In this document: positions 1-12,990 of the stretch, in pieces
Position numbering within the stretch: the first letter of the stretch is position 1
Layout: the number at the start of each line of letters is the position of its first letter
Source: Octopus vulgaris
Taxonomy: Eukaryota
Direction: 5' to 3'
NCBI GenBank assembly: GCA_951406725.2
Contig: OX597822.1
Location: 47,554,001 to 47,618,000, forward strand
Length of the DNA: 64,000 bases
Notes under the pieces: model-generated
The model's database searches: none
What the model was told of the DNA's origin: nothing
What the model saw: only the letters and a program-made list of their open reading frames with translations
Translations under genes and position numbers: made by a program

Positions 1-717
1 TAGGAATGGCATCCAGTTGCAGAAACCAAACCAAAGCAGACACAGGAGCAGAGATGCAGTCATTGGACCCATCACATCTTCTCAAACTGTCCAACCAATG
101 ACAGCACGGAATATGGATGTTAAATATATATATATATCATCATTATTATTTAACATCTGCTTTCCATACTGGCATGAGTTGAACAGTTTAGCAGAAGCTA
201 GCAAGCCGGGGAGCTGCACCTAGCTCCAATTACCTGTTTTGGCATGGTTTCAACAGGTGGATGCCCTACAAAATGCCAACCACTTTGCAGTGTGTACTGA
301 GAGCCTTTTATGTGGCACCAGCAGAGGAGGTTCATACATGGTGCCAGCATGGGTGCGTTTTATGTGTCTAATGCAGCAATATTAGGGATGTGAGATCCAA
401 GTGTTGAAGGTTAGGGAACTGGATAAGCATTAGTCTGTTTGCTTCAATAACTGTTATTAATAAAATACTGAAAATGATCCAGATTATCAAAGGCTGTTAC
501 CAGAAACTTGTGAAAAAGTTGCTTAGGTCCATTGGCAGCTTTGTAGGCAAGTCACATCATCTCATCACACCTTCTTCCCAGCATATATAACCATGCCTGA
601 CATGTGTCTTCCATTATTTAACTACTGTGTCACCATTAAGAGGCATTTTTTTAATTATCTAAAGGAAAATTCTCCTAAAAAGTTGAAAGGAATGTTAGAC
701 TTTCATCCACCTGTCAC

Positions 718-790
718 CTATTTGCAGTGAGTGGATGCCAACAAATCTTGGCAGCAGGGTATGCTACCCTGGTGGCTGATTGCAGTAACA
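718..790 (-). CDS. Putative exon 3 of an unannotated minus-strand host gene; (V)LLQSATRVAYPAAKICWHPLTAN, possibly WD40-like
   Basis: Acceptor gtatttctggctgtgattttcag| (AG at 792-791). 73-nt exon open in phase 1, matching the phase-1 end of exon 14380-14337. Ends at AG|gtgaca (possible donor) or reads on to TGA at 716-714. WD40 likeness (hydrophobic-WHP) is an impression only. Confidence 0.55.
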
Positions 791-2974
791 CTGAAAATCA
801 CAGCCAGAAATACAAGCTTTACATCTCATGTAACAATACTCTCAAACCAAAATATAAACAAATATAAAGTCGATGCAAAAGAAGATCAAATTAAAATACA
901 GTACTTCTATAACATTTTATTTATGATTAATCTATGGTTTCATATTTTATGCCTGTATGCTGTCACACCATATTTCCATGCACACAATCATATATTTTCC
1001 CAACAAAGCTACTTTAAAATATCTTTCAATGAAAGTATGAGGAAGCAGGCTAATTTTGTTCTTGCCACAAAATATATTGATAAAATAGGGTGCATCTTAT
1101 ACACTGGCCAATACAGTATATGCTAATAGATATGTATGTATGTTAGTGTGTGTGTGTGTATACTTTTACTTGTTTCAGTCATATATGTATGTATATCATC
1201 ATTGTTTAATGTTCACTTTCCATGCTGGCATGGGTTGGATGTTTTGTCTGAGGTCTGGACAGCCAGAAGGCTGCACCAGGCTCCAATCTGATCTGGCAGA
1301 GTTTCTACAGCTTCCTAATGCCAACCACTCTGAGAGTGTAGTGGGTGCTTTTTACGTGCCATTGGCACAAGAGCCAGTAAGGTGGGCTATATATAAATAT
1401 ATAATAATAATAATAATCATCATCATCATCATTCTTTAACATGCTCTTTCCATGCTGGTCTGGGTTGGATAGTTTGACCAGTACTGGAAAGCTGCACCAA
1501 GTTCTGGTTTCATTTGGCTTGGCTTCTCTGTCTGAATGCCCTTCCTAATGCCAACCACATTGCAGTGTATGCTGGGTGCTTTTAATGTGGCATCGCAGGA
1601 GTGCTTCTACATGACACTGGCACAAGTGCTTTTTATATGGTACCTACACTGGGCTTCTGCCAGCTAATCCTCTTTAACAGGGGGAGTGGCCTTAACACTT
1701 CTAATGTGGAGGACGGGTCTTCTTGAGTACAGCAAGGAACCAGGTATCTTGGTCCTTTGTCATCTTGTCTGAGAGGTTCTGGTGCTACATAAAAAGCACC
1801 CAGTTGGCATTTGGAAGTGCAACCATGCCAAAACTCAGACAATGGAAAACAGATGTGAAATCATCATCATCATCGTCATCGTTTAACATCCGCTTTCCAT
1901 GCTGGCATGGGTTGGACAGTTTGACTGAGGACTGGTAAGCCAGAGGCTGCACCAGGCTCAATCCAATCTGGCAAAGTTTCTACAGCTGCATGCCCTTCCT
2001 AACCCCAACCACTCCGAGAGTGTAGTGGGTGTTTTTACATGCCACCGGCACGAGGGCCAGTCAGGCGGTTCTGGCAACGATCACGCTCAAAAGATGTTTT
2101 TACATGCTACATGCACGGGAGCCAATCTGGAGGCACTGTCAATGACCACACTCGAATATTGTTTTTCATGTGCCACTGGCACATGTGCCGGTAAGGTGAT
2201 GCTGGCAACGATCATGCTCGAATGGTGCTTTTTACATCCCACCGACACGGGAGCCAATCCGTGGCCCTAGCAACGATCATGCTCAGATGTGCTTTTAACG
2301 TTCCACTGACAGGAGTGCCAGTCAGGCAGTATTGCCATCGACCACGTCAGCAATCAATTTTGATTTTGATTTCACTTGCTTCAATAGGTCTTTGCAAGCA
2401 GAGTTTATTGTCCAATGAATGAGGGGTACTCATAAGTGGGCTGGTTACACCCACTGGCGATAATGATGATGATGCTGATAGATATAAATCATGTGCAGCC
2501 ATTGATTCTACTCGCTTTATCTGCCCTTCAATGGGGCTTGTTTTTCATCTCACATGGTGTTGCCAGAGATAGGGATAGAAAATCAAGGATGGCTGGGTGG
2601 GTGAGTTTATGGGAGTGTGAAAAGGGAGTGACAGATGCCTAGAGATGAGTGTATTGGATGGTGAAGCTGAGTGGAGGCATGGCCAATAGGAACCCCCCCC
2701 CCGGCAGTTTGGGGGTGGGGGTAAAGGAGAATAGGAATGGGTTTGAGGAGGTGATAGGTGGCAATACATAAAAAGAAGGGTGGTGGAGAACAACACATAT
2801 ATAATGAAGCTGAAGATACATGAGAAATAGGGAGAGGATGTGAAGCATAGGGGAGAGAGAGCAGATGAACGGTGACAGAGAGGGAGGCTAGATACACATG
2901 GGAGTGGAGATAGTGAGTGACAAGTAAAATGGGGGTGGGACATTGGTTGATATGAGAAGGTGTTCAAGTGAAAA

Positions 2975-3217
2975 TAACTCTTGAGGGTGTTATGGTGCAA
3001 GTTTTGGAAAGAGCATAGGCATGCAAAGCCGAAAATGGCTGCCATTTAAGAGATGTCATTTTTCATATGTGATGTAGTGGTGTTGCAAAATTTAACTTGT
3101 GCATATTAATTTCCATTATGTCCTTTATATTGTATCAAAATTGCATGCATTTATTTATAAAGTTAAGGAAGTTATTAAAAAAATGAAACCCATCAGTGAC
3201 TTTTGGGACACCCTGTA
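2975..3217 (+). mobile_element. 3' end of a Tc1/mariner-superfamily (maT/DD37D-like) transposon relic
   Basis: Translates TLEGVMVQVLERA*ACKAENGCHLRDVIFHM*, resembling the ENGGHL..IF transposase C-terminus. Right TIR TTTTGGGACACCCTG ends at 3215, followed by TA. Confidence 0.75.
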
Positions 3218-3879
3218 TACTGGCTCTGTTTTAATTGTGTGAGTCTAGTGAGTTTGCAGCAAGCAAACATGGAAAACCATCATCATCCTTTAAGATCTGT
3301 TTTTTGTGCTGGCATGGGTTGGATGGTCTGACAGGGGCTGGTATGGTCAGGAGCTGCACGAGGCATCATTGTCTCTTTTGGCATGGTTTCTTTAGCTGGC
3401 TGCCCTTCCTAACACCAAAAGTGGACATTAAATGGGGATGATGACGATCATCATCATTTAATGTCCATTGTCCATACTGGCATGGGTTGGACAGTTTGAC
3501 CAGGGAAAGCTGTACCAGACTCTAGTCTGCTTTGGCAAGATTTCTACAGCTGGAAGCCTTTGCCTAACACCAACCACTCTGAGAGTGTAATGGGTGCTTT
3601 TATGTGCTACCAGCATGGGTGCCATTTGTGTGACACCAGTATCTGCCAAGACTACAATTTCACTTGGCTTGATGAGTCTTCTTCTCAAGCATGGCATAAT
3701 GGCAATGGTCTCGGTCATTTGTCATTGCGTCCATCAGGCCCAACACTTGAAAGTGCTTTTCACGTGCCACTGCATCAGCCACCTTGCCTCCATGAGGTCC
3801 AATGCTCAGGGGGTGCTTTTTATGAACCACCAGCACAGGGGCCAGTTACGCAACACCAACATTGGTCAAGACTACAATT

Positions 3880-4188
3880 TCACTTGGCTTGACAGGACTT
3901 CCCAAGCACAGCACATCACCAAAGGTCTCGGTCACTAGTGAATGCCTCCATGAGGTCCAACATTCAAAGCTCATGCTTCACCACCTCATCCCACATCTCC
4001 CTGGGTCTACCTCTACCACAAGTTCCCTCCACAGAGATCGACACTTCTTTACACAGCTGTCCTTGTCCATATGCATCACATGACTATACCAGCACAATCA
4101 TCTCTTTCGCACACCACATCTGATGTCTCTTATGTCCAACTTTTCTCTTGAGATGCTTACACTCTGTCATACATGCATGCTGACATTG

Positions 4189-4190
<2 letters not shown>
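3880..4190 (-). pseudogene. RTE-clade LINE ORF C-terminal fragment
   Basis: Minus strand reads REKLDIRDIRCGVRKR*LCWYSHVMHMDKDSCVKKC..VEGTCGRGRPREMWDEVVKH, with stops and frameshifts; the W.GHV and RGRP..W motifs are RTE-like. Confidence 0.8.
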
Positions 4191-4234
<44 letters not shown>

Positions 4235-5319
4235 GCATACAACAGGCTTCTTTCAGTTCTTGTGCACCAAATCCACACACAAGGCTTTGTTGTTCAGGAT
4301 TGTGGTAGAAGACATTTGCTCTTGCCCAAAATGCCATGCAGTAGGACTAAAACCACATGGTTAGAGAAGCAAGCTTTTCAACCACACAGCCACACTTACA
4401 CCAATGTGACAAAAGAAGTGGCTAAGGCAGGATCTGACAGCAGAATGTGAACCAGGGTGGATAGAGGGGGTAAGTAACAAAAAGGCACCATCATCATCAT
4501 CTGTGTGATTTTCATGCTGGCATGGGTTGGATGGTTTGACAGTAGCTGGCAAGTTGGAGTGCTAAACCAGGGTCTGTGTTGGTATGTTTTTTATGGCTGG
4601 ATACCCTTCCTAATGCCAACGACTTTATAGAATACATTAGGTGCTTTTTATGTGGCACCAACACCAGAGTTGTTACGTGACACCAGCACAGGTGCTAATC
4701 ATTTGGCACTGGCACTATGTGTTTAATCGGAGTGATGAAGAGTGTGTAAGAAAGAGAGAGCAAGTGGAGGACATTCATAGAAATGGTAAGTGGAAAGTGT
4801 GTGACAGATAGCAATAATAAGCAACCTGAGAAAGAAAGAAAGAGGGAGAGGTGGCTAACAACATGGAAGCATGGATTAAGGGATAGCAGTAAAGAAATGA
4901 CCCGACAGTAGAGGAGCAGAGGTGATCAACATGGAGAGAGAGTAGGGTGTATGGATTTCCAGTAGGTCTGATGTAATCTGCATTACTCAGGCATCATCAT
5001 GAGAGAGAGAGAGAGAAAGAGATGCTAAGGTGGCTGGATGCCAATAGAGCAATGAGGGATGAAGTTAGCAGTATATGAAAGATAATCTTAACTGGTAGGA
5101 GGGTGAGGGATATCAGTAAAGGAAAAACCTAAAGAGGGAGATATGTTGACAAGCAGTACAAAGTGGTAGAAGGCAGGGTGTATTGGGTATCAAAAGATCC
5201 ACTGCATTCCCTTGTTATTCAAGTCACAAAATTAAAAAGGAAACTGAGACCTACTGAGCTATGGATGATAGGAGGGGGAGATGATTCAGTATCAAAAGAT
5301 CTAATATTTTCACTCGTTT

Positions 5320-5490
5320 TATGGGTGGTATGGCACTAAGAATAGAAGAGATGCTTTCAGAACATGCTCCTCCACTGCCAGTTGAGGGACCCAAGTAAAA
5401 GCAGTTATCTATCACTTTAATAGAACCCTCCAAATACTGGAACACATTTATTTTACTAGGGCTCTGAATACTATCTCCATCTGCCACATA
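5320..5490 (-). pseudogene. Short LINE RT fragment (degenerate F.YLG motif)
   Basis: ORF 5251-5487 contains IKVIDNCFYLGPSTGSGGACSESISSI, resembling EVVD.FCYLG....GGGC.E of RTE-type RTs. Confidence 0.6.
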
Positions 5491-6237
5491 AAAAGTGTTT
5501 ACAAGCCATCAATATGCATGCAATCTCACAATTCTTCTTCTGCTATAATATTTCACACTAACTATACTATATGGGATTTCTACCTGCTAATTTTCTGCAT
5601 TTTGAGCATGGCCATTTCCTTTATTATTATTATGAGTAGTAGTAGTAGTAGTAGTAGAAGTAGTAATAGGAGGAGTGGCTGTGTGATGAGAAGCTTGCTT
5701 CCCAACCACATGCTTCCGGGTTCAGTCCCACAGTGTAGCACCTTGGGCAAGTGTATATATATGGCACGTAAAAAACACCATCCGAGCGTGGCCGTTCGCC
5801 AGCCTCGTCTGGCACCTGTGTCGGTGGCACATAAAAAGCACCCACTACACTCACGGAGTGGTTGGCATTAGGAAGGGCATCCAGCTGTAGAAACACCGCC
5901 AGATCTGACTGGCCTGGTACAGCCTTCGGGCTTCCCAGACCCCAGTTAAACCGTCCAACCCATGTTAGCATGGAAAGCGGACGTTAAATGATGATGATGA
6001 TGATATATATATATATTTGTGTGTGTGTCTGTGTTTGTCCCCACCCTCCATTACTTGACAATCGATGTTGGTGTGTTTATGTTCCCATGACTTAGTGGTT
6101 CGGCAAAAGGGACCGATAGAATAAGTATTAGCCTTACAAAGAATAAGTCCTGGGGTTAATTTCTTTGACTAAAGGTGGTGCTCCAGCATGGCCGCAGTCA
6201 AATGACTGAAACAAGTAAAAGAGTAGCAGTAGTAGTA

Positions 6238-7470
6238 GTTCCGAGTTCAAATTCCACCGAGGTCAACTTTGCCTTTCATCCTTTTAGGGAATATGCACCA
6301 GTACTAGGTATGGGGGCCATTATTGATCTAATCAACTTGCCCCCTCCTTCTAAACTGCTGGTCTTTTCCCAAAATTTTAAACATCATCATCATCGTTTAA
6401 TGCCTATTTTCCATGCTGGCAAGAGTTGGACAGTTTGACTGAGGTCTGGAGAGCCAGGAGGCCCCACAAGGCTTCAATCTGATGTGGTGAGGTTTCTACA
6501 GCTGGATGCCCTTCCTAACGCCAACCACTCCAAGAGTGTAGTGGGAGCCAGTCAGGCAGTTCTGGCATCGATCATGATTGGATACTGCTTTTTATGTGCC
6601 ACCGGCATGGGAGCCAGCCAGGGGGTACTGGCATTGGCCATGTTCAGATGGTGCTTTTTACATGCTACTAGTACGGGGCCACCGCCACCGCTATTATTAC
6701 CGGGCAAAATGCTTAGCAGCAATTCATTTGTCTTCACATTCTGAGTTCAAATCCCACCAAGGTTGACTTCGCTTTTCATCCTTTCAAGGTCAATAAATTA
6801 AGGACCAGATGATGATGATGATGATAATCACTTGGGTTGATGTAATCGACAAGTCCCCTCCCACCAAATTTCAGGCATTGTGCCTTTAGCAGAAAGGATT
6901 ATTATTATTATTATTATTATTATTAGGTGGCAGAATCGTTAGCATGCCTGAAAAAATGCTTAGCAGTATTTCATCTGCCACTGTTCTGGGGTCGACTTTG
7001 CCTTTCATCCTTTTGGAATCGATTAAATAAGTACCAGTTATGCACTTGGGTCGATCTAATTGACTGGCTCCCTCCCACAAAATTTCAGGCCTTGTGCCTA
7101 GAGTAGAAAAGATTATTATAATTGTTATTATTATTATTCATTGAGCTGGCAGAATTGTTAGCACACTGGACGAAATGCTTAGCAGTATTTTGCCCATCGT
7201 TACATTCCAAGTTCAAATTCCACCGTGGTCAATAAAGTACCAGTAAAACACTAAGGCTAGATGTAATTGACTAGTCTCCTCCCCAACAATTTCAGACCTT
7301 GTGTCTATAGTAGAAAGGTATTATTATTATTATTATTATCATTATTATTATTAAAGGCAGTAAGCTGGTAGAATCGTTAGCACAGCAGACATGTTTAGCG
7401 GCATTTTAATCTAGTTTTATGTTCCGAGTTCAAATTTGCTTTTCATCCTCTTGGGGTCAATAAAATAATA
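6238..7470 (+). mobile_element. Cluster of tRNA-derived SINE family A copies separated by (ATT)n
   Basis: Repeated GAGCTGGCAGAATCGTTAGCA..AAATGCTTAGC..GAGTTCAAATTCC (B-box) ..TTTGCCTTTCATCC. Further copies near 10966-11160(-), 21230-21420(-), 32625-32830, 35735-35945(-), 38815-39000, 39490-39865, 44020-44200(-), 47438-48085, 48750-49170, 51672-51830, 55320-55425(-). Confidence 0.85.
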
Positions 7471-7834
7471 ACTGAGACAAGTAAAAGATAAAAGAAGAAA
7501 TACCAGTGTCTACTTTTTCACCAAACAAGGCAGTCAGTGAAGAGTTTCTCAACCTGCTAGAAATAGCAGCAAAAGAACTCCTCCATAAATTACATTCTAC
7601 CATCTTAGAAAAAGGAATGAAGCATCAGTGAAAGAGTGGTAGATATGCGGGGAAAAAAAACGGTTGGTGCCTTGAAGCTCACTTTGCAACCAAATGGTTT
7701 CAGGTTCAGTCCCACTGTGTGGAACCTTGGGCAAGTGTTTTCCACAATAGCTCTGAACCTTTCAATGCCTTGTAAGCGAATTGGGCAGATTATGACTAAT
7801 TGGAAGTCCATCATATATGTGTATGTGACTTGCA

Positions 7835-7876
<42 letters not shown>

Positions 7877-8158
7877 CAAGTGTCTTTGTCCTCACCACTG
7901 CTTGATAACCAGTACTGGTTTGTTTATGATCTTGTAACTTAGCAGTTTGACAAAAGAGACAAACAGAATAAGTACTAGACTTAAAAAATAATAACTGGGG
8001 CTGATTTGCACAACTAAAATATTTTAAGGTGGTGCCCCAGCATGGCCACAGTTCAATGACTGAAACTAGGTAGAAGATAAATACAATAAAAGTTCTAATT
8101 TCAGAGATTCTGTTTTCCTGCTTTTGACAATTCTCTTAGACACCTAAGTCTGCCAAAA

Positions 8159-8316
8159 GCACCATCACCAGTGCCTTTTACGTGGCACCATCACCAGTGC
8201 CTTTTACATGGCGCCATCAGCTGTGCCTTTTACGTGGCGCCATCAGCTGTGCCTTTTACGTGGCGCCATCACCAGTGCCTTTTATGTGGCACCGTCACCA
8301 GTGCCTTTCAAGTGGA
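8159..8316 (+). repeat. 26-bp minisatellite, 6 copies (GCACCATCACCAGTGCCTTTTACGTG)
   Basis: Directly visible tandem units; shares the GTGC(C)TTTTACGTG motif of the RTE-derived family. Confidence 0.9.
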
Positions 8317-8879
8317 TCCAGCACCAACAGAGCCATCAAGTCCCTTGCACAACTTGTGACAGAATAGTATAATTCATTATTGCATAATTAATAATTAGAA
8401 TAATTAATTCTGACATTCCATGTTTATCCATTCTACAATAAGATTTATGTTCTTATATCATTATATTTATACCACTAAAATTGCAAGCAAATATAATAAT
8501 TTCATAATTATATAATTAATTGCATAATCAATAATTACATAATTGGTAATTACAATAATTAATAATTGCATGAATAATAGGCACATGAGTGGCTGTGAGG
8601 TTAAGAAACCTGCTTCCTAACCACATGGGGTTAGAATAAGTACTGAGCTTAAAAATCTAGGGTTCAATTGTTTGACTAAACACTTCAAGGCTGTGCTGCA
8701 GCATGGCCACAGTCCAATGACTGAAACAAGTAAAAATATTAGATAACAGAAAAGATAATTCTTACATTTCATGATTTATGTCTTACTTAAATGAATTATT
8801 CAATAAGATTTATATCATCATCATCATTCTTATATCAATTACATATCACTAAAACTGCACAGTCATGTATAATAACTGT

Positions 8880-9570
8880 GTGAAACCATCATAACATTTC
8901 TACCCAAGGGTGGTGCTGGACATCCTGCAAGCATCTGATTGATGGCGACATTGGTCAATATCTTCTTCATCAATATCCCAAGAAATTTCCAGATATTTCC
9001 ATAGAACGAAAATAATACTAGCCTTACATGTGGTTATGCCATCCTACCATGGAGTTGATTGTGCAGAATAAACTACATGACTATACATATTCCATAGCTT
9101 ATAGAGAAAACATGGAGCTTGCATGTTACATCAACACATTCTGTCAATAAGTGTGGCTTTGAAACCATCTACAATAGGATCAGTTTCAGGCGACAGTCTC
9201 TTGAAGATTTTCAAATGTATGTCACTTTATCTGATTTACTGACACCATATTAATTTTCAGGGCAAACTCAATGTCATTTCAATATTTTCTTTGCAATCCC
9301 TCCCACTGCAACTTGTAGTGTATGCTATGAGTGTCAGTAACTTTTCCTCTTGATCTCCTGCTGTAAAAAGAGGACTTCTGGGAGAAGTATGTCGGCAGCA
9401 TGAGTAAAATCATTTCCATAACTTACTGTTTCATTTCCACAAACTTTAACGTTTCACAGTTGCCATGTTGCTGATTCTGACATTCATATGTCACAAGTCT
9501 GTCAGTTCTTTCTGCTTCACGTCGATGTATCCATCACAAGTAGGCTTCATTTTACTACATTTGCTTTGCA
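8880..9570 (-). pseudogene. Decayed MULE (Mutator-like) transposase
   Basis: Minus-strand fragments KLQWEGLQRKY*NDIEFALKINM, LWNMYS, TINSMVGWHNHM and NIWKFLGILMKKILTNVAINQMLAGCPAPP match the animal MULE motifs RTNN.EGWH and HPNIWKF. Many stops and frameshifts. Confidence 0.8.
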
Positions 9571-9671
9571 TAAACTCCAGGACTGAATCACAGAAAAATT
9601 ATGGTATACTTGGAGAGTTATAGCTGTACTATTTGGAGTTCAAGTATATTATGATATATTTAGAGACTTGG

Positions 9672-10008
9672 TGAAAGCACATGGCTCAGTGGTTAGAGCG
9701 TTGAGCTTACAATTGTGAGGTTGTGAGATCAGATCCCAGACCGGGCTGCATGTTGTGCTCTTGAGCAAGACACTTTATTTCACGTTGCTCCAGTTCACTC
9801 AGCTGTAGAAATAAGTTGCAACGTCACAGGTGCCAAACTGTATCATCCTTTGCCTTTCCCTTGGATAACATTGGTGGCGTGGAGAGGGGAGACCGGTATG
9901 CATGGGCGACTGCTGATCTTCAATAAACAACCTTGCTTGGACTTGTGCATGGGGGGGTAACTCTCTAGGTGTACACCCAGGGTCAGTCATGACCGAAGGG
10001 GGTCTCAG
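9672..10008 (+). mobile_element. tRNA-derived SINE family C (CORE-like central block)
   Basis: A-box TGGCTCAGTGG, tRNA-like head and CTTGAGCAAGACACTTTATTTCACGTTGCTCCAG block. Related copies at 43107-43425(+), 48124-48452(-), 50999-51326(+), 62875-63112(-). Confidence 0.85.
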
Positions 10009-10682
10009 AGATGTATTCTTAGTAGTCCAAGCACTGAATCCAGACTGGTTATAGTTATTCCCCAAACCTGCAAATTTGGCCATAAGTCAGGTCCAAAATT
10101 TTTCCAAACTAATAACTTTAAATGACCAGAATAGGTTTGGTCAACCATTGCTACTAACCAAGCAGGCAGGTTTCACTAGCTCAGTTCAATGGGTAATGTC
10201 AGATCTAAGGTTAACACACAGTGTAGGGTAAGGTAAATCTCACAGGTCAAACCAAAAGTAAAGATAAGAAGGAGTCCATTGATGAAGCAAAATGATATCA
10301 CTTTTAGTGGTATAATTATAATGTTTTAAGAATGTAAATCTTATAACAGATAAAACATAAAATATAATAATTAATTACTGCATTAGTATGTACACAAAAA
10401 CAAAACCTTAATTAGTGTTATTAATATTTAATTTCACCCCTATATTTATACTTTCTTTTAAATAGCAAAATTGTACAGGGAACAATTGCTGAAGAGCAAA
10501 TATCTGAGAACTATTGTTGTGACACCCCTCTTAAGTAATAGAAGTTAAAATGGTTGCAGTAATTCTGCTTCACTCAACATCTTTTCATCTCTGTGTCAGT
10601 TTACTAAAGACACAATCCAATCCTTCATCTTCACACTGGAACTCAGACCATGTTTGATGAGATAGAAATATTCCCTTCTAAC

Positions 10683-10957
10683 CAGGACTGTGGAGTCGGA
10701 GTCGTGGAGTCAGAAACAATTAAGGTGAGGCTAAAATTGGAGTTGGTAAAACTATACTGACTCCAACTATCAATACCTTTATTCTTTAATATAAACCAGT
10801 TATAACACATAGGCCTACTGAAAGTACAAGCGTATGCATATGCTTTATGAGATATGTAAACCACAATCACTTAATTACATAAAGGGGAGTCGGAGTCAGA
10901 GGTGCAAATAGTAGAGGAGTCGGAGTCAAAGTTTTTGGTTTTGACTCTACAGCCCTG
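10683..10957. mobile_element. hAT-type MITE with internal GGAGTC repeats
   Basis: TIRs CAGGACTGTGGAGTC / GACTCTACAGCCCTG; 8-bp TSD CTTCTAAC at 10675-10682 and 10958-10965. Confidence 0.9.
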
Positions 10958-11184
10958 CTTCTAACATAGGCACAAAGCCTGAAATTTGGGGAAGGAGTTG
11001 ATTACATTAACCCTCAATGCTTAACTGGGGCTTATTTTATTAATTCTGAAAGGATGAAAAACAAGGTCAACCTTGGCAGACTTTGAACTCAGAACATAAA
11101 GATTCAGAAGAAATGCTGCCAAGCATTTTGTTTGATGCACCAACAGTTTTGCCAGCACACCTTCCTTTTGGATTCTTCTGCAGG

Positions 11185-11290
11185 TTCACCTGTGGAAATT
11201 GTGTTATGAGTTTTGCTTCCTCTAAGCAATCAGGTTCAGTCATCTCAGAGAATGTGCAGATAATGGCACGGAGTGCCACTACATGTAAGT
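11185..11290 (+). pseudogene. RTE-type C-terminal zinc-finger relic
   Basis: FTCGNCVMSFASSK then (frameshift) FSHLREC, resembling the C..C.R.F.S.IGL.SH.R.C end of RTE ORFs. Confidence 0.5.
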
Positions 11291-12473
11291 CGACTCACTG
11301 GCCATATCAAAGGTCCTTGCCAAACTGTTGAGATAGAAACACTGAAGGATGATTGTTATTATTGCTTAAGACTAGTCCAGTTCTGATGGAGTAGCAGCTC
11401 TATGATCAAAGGCATTCCTACTAAAACAAACAATTCTTCTGCGCTTTTAGAAATATTCAAGAATATCATACAATGTCTTTCTCTTTTTTAAGATGGCAGA
11501 GTGTGATTTAAGAGAGGTTTGAGTGCCATTTCTAGCGAGTCAAGCTACTATACAGAAGCTCCCTTTTTGGTTCATCTCAGTCCCTGTTTTCCCTGCAGGT
11601 ATCATCCTGTAGGTGTTTAAGCAAAATCAACGCCATACATCTCAGCAATCTAGGAAGACTTGCAAAGAACAGGAATGTTGCTGTCTTTCACAGAATAAAT
11701 GCCATTAAAAGGAAGCAAAAAAATTCAAGTGCTGCTCTTTCCAAGAAATTCACAAAAAAACAAAAAAACCCCTCTTTCCTTAGAAAAGTCCCACTTACAT
11801 CTTTGGACATCAGAGCTACAACATTACCATGGAAATAATGTCTTTCCCTTTACTTTCACCAGGCTCAGAGGCTTAGAAAATGCAGTGACTGTTTGGTTGA
11901 GAGGTTTACTTCCCAACCACATGGTTTTGGGATCAGACCCACTGCATGGCACTTTGGGCAAGCACCTTCTACTATAGCCCCAGACAACCAAATCCTTGAG
12001 AATGGATTTGGTAGACAGAAACTCATTTAATTATATATATGTATACACACACACACAGATATGCGTGTATATATGTATGTATTTGTCTTGACATTATGTA
12101 ATTGTTGTAAATGAAGGTCATTCATTCTAGATATTTTGCTAAAACGTATTCTGGCCATGGAGGAAATATTACCTCATTTGGAAACAGGTAAGGGCTAGTG
12201 ACAAGAAGGGAATCCAACATTAGAAACTCTTCAATATACTCCAGCCAGCCCACACAAGCATGGGAAAGTGTATGTTAAAACAATGCATCAGGATGTTTTG
12301 GTCAGAACAAGACTATGGTCATTTATCAAAATGATCTCTTTGATACTCAGCCCCAGCCTATCCAAAGAACAGCCTGCTGTGCTTACCTTGGATCATAGGG
12401 TGACCTGCTGTGCTTGAGGAGACCTATTGAGTCAAGTACATCAACATCAAATGGAAATTGTAGTCGTGATACC

Positions 12474-12990
12474 TGTGCCAGTGGCACGTAAAAGGCACCA
12501 TCTGAACGTGGCCGATGCCAGCGCCGCTTTCACTGGCTTCTGTGCCAGTGGCACATAAAAAGCACCATCTGCATGTGGCCGATACCAGCGCCGCTTGACT
12601 GGCTTCTGTGCCAGTGGCACGTAAAAAGCAGCAACTGATCATGGTCGCTGCCAGCCTCCCCTGGCACCTGTACCGGTGGCACGTAAAAAGCACCATCCAA
12701 ACGTGGCTGATGCCAGCGCCGCTTGACTGGCTTCTGTGCCAGTGGCACGTAAAAAGCACCATCTGCATGTGGCTGATGCCAGCGCTGCTTTGACTGGCTT
12801 CTGTGCCAGTGGCACGTAAAAAGCAGCAACTGATCATGGTCGCTGCCAGCCTCGCCTGGCACCTGCACCGGTGGCTTGTTAAAAGCACCATCCAAACGTG
12901 GCCGATGCCAACGCCGCCATGTAAAAAGCAGCAGCCAATCATGGTCGCTGCCAGGCTCCCCTGGCACCTGTGCCAGTGACATGTAAAAAG
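12474..12990 (+). repeat. Higher-order tandem array (about 62-67-bp units, 8-9 copies) inside the RTE-derived element 12390-13150
   Basis: Units begin TGTGCCAGTGGCACGTAAAAAGCA at 12474, 12541, 12607, 12669, 12735, 12802 and onward, with two tail types arranged A-A'-B. Confidence 0.9.

Noticed and set aside
731-1126. 131-aa plus-strand ORF
   Set aside because: Non-ATG start, AT-rich intron-like composition, antisense to the better-supported exon.
11184-11284. Plus-strand exon with good-looking acceptor and donor
   Set aside because: Better explained as a frameshifted RTE zinc-finger relic next to a SINE.
11799-11815. Minus-strand microexon (tag|CTCTGATGTCCAAAGAT|gtaagt)
   Set aside because: Weak polypyrimidine tract, and including 17 nt breaks the frame between exons 14337 and 790.
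12474-12990. CRISPR array
   Set aside because: Eukaryotic context, no cas genes, and inter-repeat segments are homologous to each other and recur periodically.
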